Shown here one piece after another: positions 40,987 to 49,671 of a stretch of 59,344 nt of DNA (the first letter of the stretch is position 1; each line of letters starts with the position of its first letter). A program made the position numbers and the translations under genes. Under the pieces are notes generated by a model. The model had not been told where the DNA came from and made no database searches. It was given only the letters and a program-made list of their open reading frames with translations. The DNA comes from an uncultured Clostridia bacterium (GTDB lineage: Bacteria > Bacillota > Clostridia > Christensenellales > CAG-917), in NCBI GenBank assembly GCA_963532875.1, contig CAUSLO010000003.1, positions 1 to 59,344 on the forward strand, read 5' to 3'.

Positions 40987-42318
40987 ATGAAGAATTATAT
41001 TGAGTCTGAAATGTTAGAATTAAAAGGTAAATATACAGAAGGAATTACGAAAGAAATTGTATCTTTCCTTAATGCTGAAGGAGGAACTATTCTAATCGGT
41101 GTAGAAGATGACGGTGTTGTAATTGGTGTAGAACACGTGGATGACGTGCTAAGAAAGATATCCGATGTAATAACGAGTCAGATTGAACCGAATCCACAAG
41201 ACGAAATACATTCAGAAATACAATTTGATGAAGGGAAGGTAATTATTGCAATTCAAATTAAAAAGGGCAGTAATTATATTTATTGTCAAAAGAAGTATGG
41301 TTTTTCGTCTAGCGGTTGCACTATTAGAATAGGTACAACATGCAAAGAGATGACTCCTCAGCAGATAAAAACTAGATACGAAAAAAAATTTATTGATAAC
41401 GAGTATATGCTTAAGAAAAGAGCAAGCATATCGGATTTGTCATTCAGAGTACTTAAAGTATATTATTCTGAAAAAAATTTTCATTTGGATAATAAATCGT
41501 TTGAAACAAATTTGAATTTGAGAAATGAGTCTGGTGAATATAATTTGTTGGCGGAGTTACTGGCGGATCGAAATAATATACCGTTTATTTTTGTTAAATT
41601 TAAAGGGGAAAACAAGGCATCAATATCTGAAAGAAGTGATTATGGGTACGGATGCATTTTGAGTATATATGAAAAAATTAAAGATAGATTAAAAGCCGAG
41701 AATATATGTGTTTCTGATACGACTGTTAGACCAAGGCGTGATAAATTTTTATTTGATTATGATTGCGGAAACGAAGCAGTTATAAATGCTTTAGTACACA
41801 ATGATTGGGCAATTACAGAACCTCAGATTTCAATGTTTAACAATAGGCTTGAGATACTATCGCATGGGGGACTTCCTAGTGGGATGACAAAAGAAGAATT
41901 CTTTGCTGGAATTAGTCGACCAAGAAATGCAACTCTAATGAGAATATTTTTGAATATGGGACTCACAGAACATACAGGGCATGGAATCCCAACCATTGTA
42001 GAAAAATATGGAGAAGGGGTTTTTGAGATTGGAAACAATTACATAAAATGTACAATTCCTTTTGATGAAGAAGTTGTAAGGCAAATAAACGATAAAAATA
42101 TAAGTTATGATGTAGTTATAAATGCAAGATTCAGCAATACAGAAAAGAAGGTTATTAAAGTTTTAATTGAAAATCCAAATATAAAGTCATCAGAAATCGC
42201 TACAAAACTAGGAGTAACTAAGAGGACAATAGAAAGAACTCTCAAATCTTTGAAAGAGAAGGAAATCATAGAAAGAGTTGGGGCAAAGCATGATGAAAGT
42301 TGGGCTGTAGTAAGGTAA
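40987..42318 (+). CDS. AlbA_2 (Schlafen-like) / HATPase_c_4 / C-terminal wHTH putative regulator (family often annotated 'RecG-like')
   Basis: 'ESEMLELKGKYTE...FLNAEGGTILIGVEDDGVVIGV' (AlbA_2). 'NALVHNDW...LEILSHGGLPSGMT...SRPRNATLMRIF...TEHTGHGIPTI'. C-terminal 'EKKVIKVLIENPNIKSSEIATKLGVTKRTIERTLKSLKEKEII'. ATG at 40987 follows GGAGG. Confidence 0.75.
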   Translation: MKNYIESEMLELKGKYTEGITKEIVSFLNAEGGTILIGVEDDGVVIGVEHVDDVLRKISDVITSQIEPNPQDEIHSEIQFDEGKVIIAIQIKKGSNYIYCQKKYGFSSSGCTIRIGTTCKEMTPQQIKTRYEKKFIDNEYMLKKRASISDLSFRVLKVYYSEKNFHLDNKSFETNLNLRNESGEYNLLAELLADRNNIPFIFVKFKGENKASISERSDYGYGCILSIYEKIKDRLKAENICVSDTTVRPRRDKFLFDYDCGNEAVINALVHNDWAITEPQISMFNNRLEILSHGGLPSGMTKEEFFAGISRPRNATLMRIFLNMGLTEHTGHGIPTIVEKYGEGVFEIGNNYIKCTIPFDEEVVRQINDKNISYDVVINARFSNTEKKVIKVLIENPNIKSSEIATKLGVTKRTIERTLKSLKEKEIIERVGAKHDESWAVVR

Positions 42319-42361
42319 CCCTTCAATGGCAGATTAATGTTAATGTTGAAGTAATCTTAAG

Positions 42362-42401
42362 AATTCGTTAATTTTGGGTGGAATTCCACCTAAAATTAAT
42401 G
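42362..42401. repeat. 40-nt palindromic intergenic repeat, copy 1
   Basis: AATTCGTTAATTTTGGGTGGAATTCCACCTAAAATTAATG. The core TTTTGGGTGG-AATT-CCACCTAAAA forms a 10-bp hairpin. Confidence 0.7.
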
Positions 42402-42639
42402 TCTATACTGGTTGTGTTATATGGCTGTAATAGATTTTAATTTCAGGCACATATGCCAAAATATCAGCAAATTCTCTGATGTGCTTTAACGGCTGTGTAT
42501 CTCCCCATTCCTCCATTTTTCTTGCGTTTCTTTTATTCATAATTTTGCTTAAATAATTCAAGATAATTGTGGATGCTTTAATTAACATTATTGTGAGGCT
42601 AATTTGAGAATTGTATGTAGTCATTCTAATTAGTCTCTA

Positions 42640-42679
42640 AATTCGTTAGTTTTAGGTGGAATTCCATGTAAAATTGACG
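42640..42679. repeat. 40-nt palindromic intergenic repeat, copy 2
   Basis: AATTCGTTAGTTTTAGGTGGAATTCCATGTAAAATTGACG. It has 3 mismatches to copy 3. Confidence 0.7.
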
Positions 42680-42770
42680 AATATATGTTGAATGGGGTAT
42701 GTTGTCATGTTAAACTAATTTTGATAAAAGGAGGTGTGGAACAAGTAGTTATTCTAGAGAAAAATAGATT

Positions 42771-44066
42771 ATGATAATTAAACGTGATTATTACCTAAAG
42801 AAAATTATAAAAAAAAGTTGGAACGGTCGTATTAAAATAATTACCGGCGTAAGAAGATGTGGCAAGTCGTTTTTATTATTCAATTTATACCGGGATTACT
42901 TATTATCCAAGGGGGCTAGGGAAGAACAAATCATTTCAATTGCCCTTGATGCGAGAGAGAATTTTAAGTATAGAGATCCGTTTAAACTTTATGATTACAT
43001 AAAAGAAAGGACTAAAAACAAGAATGAGACTTATTATGTTCTAATTGATGAAATACAACTATCTGAGGCTGTTAGAAATCCATACATTGATAGCAAAGAG
43101 AAAAGCATAACATTTTTAGACATTTTGTTAAGTCTAATGAAACAGCCAAATTTAGATATTTACGTAACAGGAAGTAATTCTAGGATGCTATCAACTGATG
43201 TCCTCACGCAGTTTAGAGATCGTGGTGATGAGATATACATAACCCCTTTATTATTTAGTGAAGTGTACGATTTATATGAAAATAAAAGTTTAGCCTTGAA
43301 GGATTATATGGCATATGGAGGAATGCCACACATTTATACTTTAGAAACTGATGAAGAGAAGAGTAACTATTTAAAAGGACTATTTAAGGAGACGTATATT
43401 AAAGATATTCTTGAAAGGAACAATATACATAATGAGTCGGTAATACTCGAGTTGCTGCTGAACTTTATATCTTCCATAATTGGATCTCTAACCAATCCTT
43501 CAAAACTTTCAAAAAGATTTTTATCTGAACAGCAACAAAAAGTTTCTCAAAGTACAATCGCAAGATATCTTAATTTTTTTGAGGAATCATTTATTATTTC
43601 TCATGCCAATAGATATGACGTAAAGGGATCAAGATATTTTTCAACAACATTAAAATATTATTTTGTTGATATAGGACTTAGGAATGCAATATTAAATTTT
43701 AGGCAAACAGAAGAATCTCATATCATGGAAAATATTATTTACAATGAGTTGTTTCGCAGAGGATATAATATAGACGTTGGGGTCATTGAATATGATGATA
43801 AAAAAGATGATAGGAGAAAAATAACGCAACTTGAAGTAGATTTTGTTATAAACCAAGGGCATAAACGGTATTATATCCAATCAGCATTGAACTTAAATAA
43901 TGAAAATAAAATCAAACAAGAAACCGCATCACTTAAACAAATTAAAGACTCATTTAAGAAGATTGTAATTGTAGGAGATTATCTTGTTCCAAGGCATGAC
44001 GATGATGGCATTCTATATATCAGTATTTATGATTTTTTATTAGATGAGAAAATAATTGATTTATAA
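42771..44066 (+). CDS. AAA_14/DUF4143-family NTPase, paralog 2
   Basis: 'IKRDYYLKKIIKKSWNGRIKIITGVRRCGKSFLL' (Walker A), 'YVLIDEIQ' (Walker B), C-terminal 'QLEVDFVINQGHKRYYIQSA'. SD AAGGAGG lies further upstream. Confidence 0.8.
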   Translation: MIIKRDYYLKKIIKKSWNGRIKIITGVRRCGKSFLLFNLYRDYLLSKGAREEQIISIALDARENFKYRDPFKLYDYIKERTKNKNETYYVLIDEIQLSEAVRNPYIDSKEKSITFLDILLSLMKQPNLDIYVTGSNSRMLSTDVLTQFRDRGDEIYITPLLFSEVYDLYENKSLALKDYMAYGGMPHIYTLETDEEKSNYLKGLFKETYIKDILERNNIHNESVILELLLNFISSIIGSLTNPSKLSKRFLSEQQQKVSQSTIARYLNFFEESFIISHANRYDVKGSRYFSTTLKYYFVDIGLRNAILNFRQTEESHIMENIIYNELFRRGYNIDVGVIEYDDKKDDRRKITQLEVDFVINQGHKRYYIQSALNLNNENKIKQETASLKQIKDSFKKIVIVGDYLVPRHDDDGILYISIYDFLLDEKIIDL

Positions 44067-44299
44067 AACAGTTTGCTCATGTAAAAAATGTCATATATTA
44101 GGTTTTGAGCGTTGAGACTATTAGTCATTTATTTATTTTGTTCACAAATCCTAAATAGTCGTACAACACATTAAATCACACTTTTTATTCAGAAAGTGTG
44201 TAAAAAATCACATAATACGCAGAAAAAACGTGATTTATTAAGGTTTATAAGGGTTTAAAGGGTATAATATAGATAACCACGAGCACGGAGGTATATCAA

Positions 44300-45640
44300 T
44301 TGGAAAGGTTTATTTTAGAAGAACTGAATAAGTGGAAAGTGTCAAAATATAGGAAACCACTTATTCTGCGTGGAGCAAGACAAGTAGGAAAGACGTGGGC
44401 TATGCAAGAATTTGGCAAGAGTTTTGAGTCAGTTGCGTACTTCAGTTTTGACCGAAACGACGAGTATAAGCAGTTTTTTAAAACAACGAAAGACCCATTT
44501 CGTATTATGCAAAATCTTTCATTTTCAAGCGGACAAAAAATAGATAAGGGAACTCTAATTATTTTTGACGAAATACAAGAGTGTAATGACGCACTAAATT
44601 CTTTAAAATATTTTTGTGAGGAAGCAGGTGAATATTGTGTAGTATGTGCTGGTTCACTGCTTGGACTTGCCTTATCAAAAGGTTTTCCTGTCGGCAAAGT
44701 TAATTTCATTGATATGGGACCCATGACTTTCTCAGAATTTCTGATTGCTAACGGAGATAAGAATCTTTATGAATATATGACTAATATTGACAGAATAGAA
44801 AACATTTCTGATGCCTTTTACAATCCGCTTTGCGAAAAACTCAAGATGTACTTTATCACTGGGGGGATGCCAGAGCCTGTAAAATTCTGGACGCAGGAAA
44901 GGGATGTAAAGTTGGTAGATGAGGGGTTAAAGGATATTATAGACTCGTACGAAAACGATTTTGGCAAGCATCATGAAGATTTCAAGGAGGAAGAGGCTAG
45001 ATACGATATTCAAAAGATAACTCTTATATGGAAGTCAATTTTTGCACAGTTATCTAAAGACAAAAAGAAATTCACTTACTCAAAAGTTAAAGAAGGAGCG
45101 AGAGCGAGGGAGTATGAGAGTAATCTTCAATGGCTTGTAAATGCAGACATAGTTAAGAAAATCTTCAAAGTGTCAAAACCAGCCCTTCCGCTTGGGGCTT
45201 ATCAACAAGGGGAATTTTTTAAAATCTATCATATCGACGTTGGACTTCTGCGTAGTCAATCAAAGTTGAGTTATAAAGCATTCACAGAAGGTGATAGGCT
45301 GTTTAAAGAGTTTAAGGGTGCGTTGAGTGAAAATTTTGTATTGCAAAGTCTAATTCGGTTATATGACTCGGAACTGTATTACTGGGCTAATGACAGATAT
45401 GAAGTAGATTTTATAATACAATCCGAGAACGATATAATCCCGATAGAAGTAAAGTTGGGAAAGAGTGTTTCGTCTCCGAGTATTAGTGAGTATAAGAAAA
45501 TGTACGAAGGTGAAACTCCGCTCGTTGTAAGGTATTCATTAAAGAATCTTACCTTTGATGGCAATGTGCTAAATATCCCACTATTCTTGATAGATCAAAC
45601 GAAACGTTTGATAGCGTTGGCAAAGGAGGAACGAAAATAA
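44300..45640 (+). CDS. AAA/DUF4143-family NTPase, paralog 3, with an intact C-terminal D...ExK motif
   Basis: TTG start 7 nt after GGAGG. 'PLILRGARQVGKTW' (Walker A), 'LIIFDEIQ' (Walker B), C-terminal 'YEVDFIIQSENDIIPIEVKLGK' (45401-45454). Confidence 0.75.
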   Translation: MERFILEELNKWKVSKYRKPLILRGARQVGKTWAMQEFGKSFESVAYFSFDRNDEYKQFFKTTKDPFRIMQNLSFSSGQKIDKGTLIIFDEIQECNDALNSLKYFCEEAGEYCVVCAGSLLGLALSKGFPVGKVNFIDMGPMTFSEFLIANGDKNLYEYMTNIDRIENISDAFYNPLCEKLKMYFITGGMPEPVKFWTQERDVKLVDEGLKDIIDSYENDFGKHHEDFKEEEARYDIQKITLIWKSIFAQLSKDKKKFTYSKVKEGARAREYESNLQWLVNADIVKKIFKVSKPALPLGAYQQGEFFKIYHIDVGLLRSQSKLSYKAFTEGDRLFKEFKGALSENFVLQSLIRLYDSELYYWANDRYEVDFIIQSENDIIPIEVKLGKSVSSPSISEYKKMYEGETPLVVRYSLKNLTFDGNVLNIPLFLIDQTKRLIALAKEERK

Positions 45641-45692
45641 AGGGACAATTTTGCGAAGTTCTGATTAACATATAGTTTAAACGTAATTTAAA

Positions 45693-45732
45693 AATTCGTT
45701 AGTTTTAGGTGGAATTCCAGATAAAATTAACG
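45693..45732. repeat. 40-nt palindromic intergenic repeat, copy 3
   Basis: AATTCGTTAGTTTTAGGTGGAATTCCAGATAAAATTAACG. Confidence 0.7.
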
Positions 45733-45783
45733 TTACAACCTTAATAATTAGGGAAAGGCTAGCCCCCTTTGGATAGAATTTAA

Positions 45784-47082
45784 TTAATCGCTTATATGTT
45801 CGCCTTTGAATTGAGCATTTAAATCATCAATTGCTGCGTCAACTCCAATAGATTTTGTTTTAGCATTTGAGTATGAAACCTTAAGAAGAATAGGTGTTAA
45901 AAGAGTAGTCAATATAATTAAAATCAATGCGTAAGGGACAATAGATTTGCTGATAATTCCCGCATTAGTTCCCTTATCAATACAAACGAGTAATACTTCA
46001 GCACGAACCATCATTCCAAGTCCGACACGAAGACTGTCCTTAAAACTAAATCTACAAGCAAGTGCTCCTAAACCGCAACCGAGTAATTTACCCAATATTC
46101 CAGCGATTATAAACATCACTCCGAATAGAACAAAACTAGGATCGAAGTTTTGGAAGTCTGCGTTAATACCAATCATTGCAAAGAATACTGGAGTGAATAT
46201 TAAGTACTTTGCAGATTCAATTTTTTCATCTATATATTCCGATTCCTTTATACCAGCGAGGATTAATCCAGCAACATATGCACCAGTGATATCTGCAACT
46301 CCAAAAAGTTTTTCAGCAGCATATGAGTATAAGAAGCAGATTGCAAAACCTAAAATTGGAAGCCTTCTTCTATGTGGATATCTTCTTGCAAATGAGTTCA
46401 TAGCGGTACGGATAACAATCCCGAGTATTGCAGATACGACAAAGAATAAAATAATAAATCCAATCATTTTAGGAATGTTACCAGATGATGTTGTGCCTGG
46501 ATTTTTTAGACCGATTAAGAATGACAAAAGGATAATGCCGACAATGTCGTCCAATATAGCAGCGGCAATAATTGCATTTCCAACTTTAGAGTTTAACTTG
46601 TTTAATTCCTTTAAAGCGGCAACAGTAATGCTAACAGATGTCGCAGAAAGTACAGCACCATAGAAAACATAGGTGATTGCTTTTTCTGAATTTAATGCAG
46701 TAAATTTTCCAAGTGCTCCCCATGCGACGAGGAATCCAAAGAATAATGGGAATGCTACACCGAGAATGGTTATCAAAAAAGCAGGGAAACCAATCTTCTT
46801 AAATTGTTTTAAATCAGTTTCTATACCAGCAGAAAACATGATAAGGATTACGCCAATCTTTGCGATAACTTCTAAAGGTTGCATTAATTCAGAATGGAAT
46901 AGAGTAGGACCAAGCTTGCTTGAAAGTCTTGCTAGTCCAAGAAGAAGTCCAGTTAAAATCATGCCAAATATTTGAGGTAGACCAAGTTTTTTACCCAACA
47001 GAGAAAGTAATTTTGAGAAAAGAACAATAACTCCTAAAGGCAATAAAATTTCAAATGCTTCAAATTTCATTTCGTACTCCAA
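45784..47082 (-). CDS. Cation:proton antiporter (CPA2 / Na_H_Exchanger family)
   Basis: 432 aa with about 12-13 TMs. 'GLPQIFGMILTGLLLG', 'ILIMFSAGIETDL' and 'AAILDDIVGIILLSF' are typical of KefB/NapA-like exchangers. There is no C-terminal RCK domain. Confidence 0.8.
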   Translation of the reverse strand: MEYEMKFEAFEILLPLGVIVLFSKLLSLLGKKLGLPQIFGMILTGLLLGLARLSSKLGPTLFHSELMQPLEVIAKIGVILIMFSAGIETDLKQFKKIGFPAFLITILGVAFPLFFGFLVAWGALGKFTALNSEKAITYVFYGAVLSATSVSITVAALKELNKLNSKVGNAIIAAAILDDIVGIILLSFLIGLKNPGTTSSGNIPKMIGFIILFFVVSAILGIVIRTAMNSFARRYPHRRRLPILGFAICFLYSYAAEKLFGVADITGAYVAGLILAGIKESEYIDEKIESAKYLIFTPVFFAMIGINADFQNFDPSFVLFGVMFIIAGILGKLLGCGLGALACRFSFKDSLRVGLGMMVRAEVLLVCIDKGTNAGIISKSIVPYALILIILTTLLTPILLKVSYSNAKTKSIGVDAAIDDLNAQFKGEHISD

Positions 47083-47148
47083 AATGTCATAAATTTCTGC
47101 AACAACAGTTTACTCTTGAGGTAATTAAAAGTCTATAAAATGGGCTTT

Positions 47149-47179
47149 AAAATAAAAAAACCCAACCGAAATTGAGTTT
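47149..47179 (-). terminator. Rho-independent terminator after tRNA-Lys
   Basis: The minus strand reads AAACTCAA-tttcgg-TTGGGTTT (8 bp, one G-U) followed by TTTTTATTTT. Confidence 0.55.
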
Positions 47180-47184
47180 ATCTC

Positions 47185-47260
47185 TGGTGACCCACCGGAG
47201 GCTCGAACTCCGGACAACCGCATTAAAAGTGCGATGCTCTACCTACTGAGCTAGTGAGTC
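47185..47260 (-). tRNA. tRNA-Lys (anticodon UUU)
   Basis: The reverse complement folds as acceptor GACTCAC/GTGGGTC, anticodon stem TCGCA/TGCGG with loop CT-TTT-AA, T-loop TTCGAGC, and encoded CCA. Confidence 0.9.
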
Positions 47261-47265
47261 ATGAT

Positions 47266-47340
47266 TGGCAGGGGTAGCAGGATTTGAACCTACGAATGTC
47301 AGAATCAAAATCTGATGCCTTACCGCTTGGCGATACCCCT
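47266..47340 (-). tRNA. tRNA-Gln (anticodon UUG)
   Basis: The reverse complement folds as acceptor AGGGGTA/TACCCCT, anticodon stem TCAGA/TCTGA with loop TT-TTG-AT, T-loop TTCAAAT, and encoded CCA. It lies 5 nt upstream of tRNA-Lys. Confidence 0.9.
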
Positions 47341-47380
47341 AGGTGTCAAACCGTTCTGCAACAAAAATATGACTTGTTTA

Positions 47381-47409
47381 ATTATAGTAGTTGAAATTAA
47401 AAATAACAA
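47381..47409 (-). promoter_or_regulatory. Sigma-70-type promoter for the tRNA-Gln/tRNA-Lys pair
   Basis: The minus strand reads TTGTTA (47409-47404), a 17-nt spacer, then TATAAT (47386-47381). It lies about 40 nt upstream of tRNA-Gln. Confidence 0.5.
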
Positions 47410-47511
47410 GCAAAAAACTTAAGTAGAGGTGTCTATTTTAAGATGGAAGGTATCAATATTAGTAATTTAATATATTAATAAATTAACAAATAATTATTTG
47501 GAGCGTGAATT

Positions 47512-49671
47512 TTGGCTATTGATTGTCAATATCAAAGACAAATGTTGAATTCTCTTGACCTACAAAATCAGGTTAAATATAATAAACTTATCGTGAGTGT
47601 TAAAGATAAATTTTTATTAGAACTTAAGGATATTGGGAAGATATATGACACCAACAATATATATACGATTGGCGTCAGACATATTAATTTAAGGCTAAAT
47701 TTAAATGAGTTCGTAACTATTGAAGGCGAATCGGGCTCGGGTAAATCAACGCTCCTAAACGTTATTGCATCTAACGACACCTATGAAGAAGGTGAAATGT
47801 ACTTCAAAGGGGTTGAGACTTCCCACTACTCAGAACAAGATTGGGATAAATATAGAGAAAATAACATATCGTTTATATTCCAAGACTTTAATATACTTGA
47901 AAATTTAACAGCACTTGAAAATGTAGAACTAGCACTTTTTTATATGAGGGATGTAGTAGAAAGAAAAGAAAAGGCTAAAGAATTAATTAAACGTGTTGGA
48001 CTTGAACAACAAATGAATCAGAGAGCGAGTCAGTTATCTGGAGGAGAAAAACAGAGAACAGTTATTGCAAGAGCACTCGCAAAAAATTCGCCAATTATTT
48101 TGGCTGATGAACCAACAGGAAATTTGGATAGTAAATCTGCTGAGGGGATTGCAGAATTACTTAAAGAAATATCTGCAGATAAATTAGTAATAGTTGTTAC
48201 GCACAACGCTGAATACTTTGAAAAGTATGCGACAAGAAAAATCAGAATTCATGATGGGACAATTGTCTCAGATGAGAATGTTTCAAAAGAAGCAATAAAA
48301 TCTACTGAGTGGGGAGAGGATACTAATAGAACTTATAACGTGAAGAAAAATGTATTCTGGTTGGGATCTCTTAATTATAAAAGCAGACCAAAGTTCACAA
48401 TCCTTATGTCGGCAATCCTGTTAACATTTTCAATAGCACTGTTTGCGATAATAAGCATCTTTGCTGATCAAATAAGGAAACCTTTAACTCAACCGATTAC
48501 AGGCAATCCAATAAATGGGAAAACCATTATTAAGAATGTAGAAGGGAAAGAAATAGGAGAACATGAACTTGATAAAATTGTAAGAGAGACAAAGGCAAAT
48601 TTTGTATTCAAAAACAATGAATACTCTGAGATAAGTGCAAAACTTGACACATCAGACGGCAGACAAAATACTATTACCTTTCTATACGATCCATATAGAT
48701 ATGATTTAAAAGGTAATGAATGTGTGTTATATGTGTCGCATTCATTGGCACATAACGTTAATTATATAAAAGCAATATTAAAGGCATTAAAAATTGACGT
48801 TTCTAAAATCAAAATAAAAAAGACATTAAAGCAAAACACAATAAGCGTATATTGTTCTAGAGAAACAATGTATAGGTACGGAGAAGTTTTAAAAAGTTTA
48901 AATAGCGAAGTTGAGATTGGGAACAGAAAGGCAAATATCTTTAGATATAAACCAGTAAAAGATTTAGAGAAAGGACATATTAGATTGGTAAATCTTAAAT
49001 ACTGGATAGGGGAAACAAATAAGATATTTTTAAACAAGTTCGGATCTAAGGCATATGTAATTGATGATAAAGACAAAAAAGATTCTTCTGAATTAGGAAC
49101 AGTTATAGAAATGAATGAAGAAGAATATAACGAAGTATTTATGGGGACATTGCCAGAGAGTAGCGAGATTGCACTATACTATAAAAATAATGCGATTGCT
49201 AAAAAGAGATTGACTAAGTTGAATAGTGATTATATGTATCTATTTTCAAACGATAAGATATACTTGCCAGATGCAGCGGATTCATTCATCTATGACTTGT
49301 TAGCGTACATTGGTTTAATCGTTGCGGGAATATTGATTGGAATATTAGTGAGCATCATATTCTCAAAGAACGTAGGTGTACTGAGCAACGATTTTGCAAT
49401 ATACAGAACATTGGGAATTTCAAGACAGCATGCAAAAATGTCTCTATATATCCAAATGTTATTTATATTCTTGCCAAACATAATTCTGTTGCCTTTCTTA
49501 TCGTTGATTGCGACGATAATTCCTAATAGCATAGTAAAATTTATATCGCCAGTGAACTATCTAGTTATCGAACTTATGATGTTCAGTATAGTAGAGGTTG
49601 TAGCATTAAGATTTAATAGAAAAATATTCAAGACTTCAATTAGGAAGTCCTTAAGTAGAGGTTCAAAATGA
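47512..49671 (+). CDS. MacB-type fused ABC transporter (ATPase plus FtsX-like permease), subunit 1
   Basis: 'GESGSGKST', 'LSGGEKQR', '[11 protein letters not shown]', 'VTHN'. TM1 is 'FTILMSAILLTFSIALFAIISIF', followed by a ~290-aa external domain. FtsX-like 'FAIYRTLGISRQHA' plus 3 TMs. The start is uncertain (TTG at 47512 after GGAG, or ATG at 47542). Confidence 0.8.
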   Translation: MAIDCQYQRQMLNSLDLQNQVKYNKLIVSVKDKFLLELKDIGKIYDTNNIYTIGVRHINLRLNLNEFVTIEGESGSGKSTLLNVIASNDTYEEGEMYFKGVETSHYSEQDWDKYRENNISFIFQDFNILENLTALENVELALFYMRDVVERKEKAKELIKRVGLEQQMNQRASQLSGGEKQRTVIARALAKNSPIILADEPTGNLDSKSAEGIAELLKEISADKLVIVVTHNAEYFEKYATRKIRIHDGTIVSDENVSKEAIKSTEWGEDTNRTYNVKKNVFWLGSLNYKSRPKFTILMSAILLTFSIALFAIISIFADQIRKPLTQPITGNPINGKTIIKNVEGKEIGEHELDKIVRETKANFVFKNNEYSEISAKLDTSDGRQNTITFLYDPYRYDLKGNECVLYVSHSLAHNVNYIKAILKALKIDVSKIKIKKTLKQNTISVYCSRETMYRYGEVLKSLNSEVEIGNRKANIFRYKPVKDLEKGHIRLVNLKYWIGETNKIFLNKFGSKAYVIDDKDKKDSSELGTVIEMNEEEYNEVFMGTLPESSEIALYYKNNAIAKKRLTKLNSDYMYLFSNDKIYLPDAADSFIYDLLAYIGLIVAGILIGILVSIIFSKNVGVLSNDFAIYRTLGISRQHAKMSLYIQMLFIFLPNIILLPFLSLIATIIPNSIVKFISPVNYLVIELMMFSIVEVVALRFNRKIFKTSIRKSLSRGSK

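Noticed and set aside
42403-42624. A 73-aa minus-strand ORF between copies 1 and 2 of the 40-nt repeat.
   Set aside because: It has no convincing SD and no recognisable motif, and it may be a gene remnant. It was not called as a CDS, but the 238-nt segment is worth a homology search.
45741-45783. AAAGG-ctagccc-CCTTT hairpin considered as a bidirectional terminator between NTPase paralog 3 and the antiporter gene.
   Set aside because: The stem has only 5 bp and lacks a flanking U-tract on either strand. This is too weak to call.
18352-47340. Prophage or integrative element explanation for the accessory blocks, given tRNA genes nearby.
   Set aside because: No integrase, transposase, recombinase, or phage structural or replication genes are visible anywhere in the window. 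The tRNA genes are intact, with no partial duplicate copy seen.
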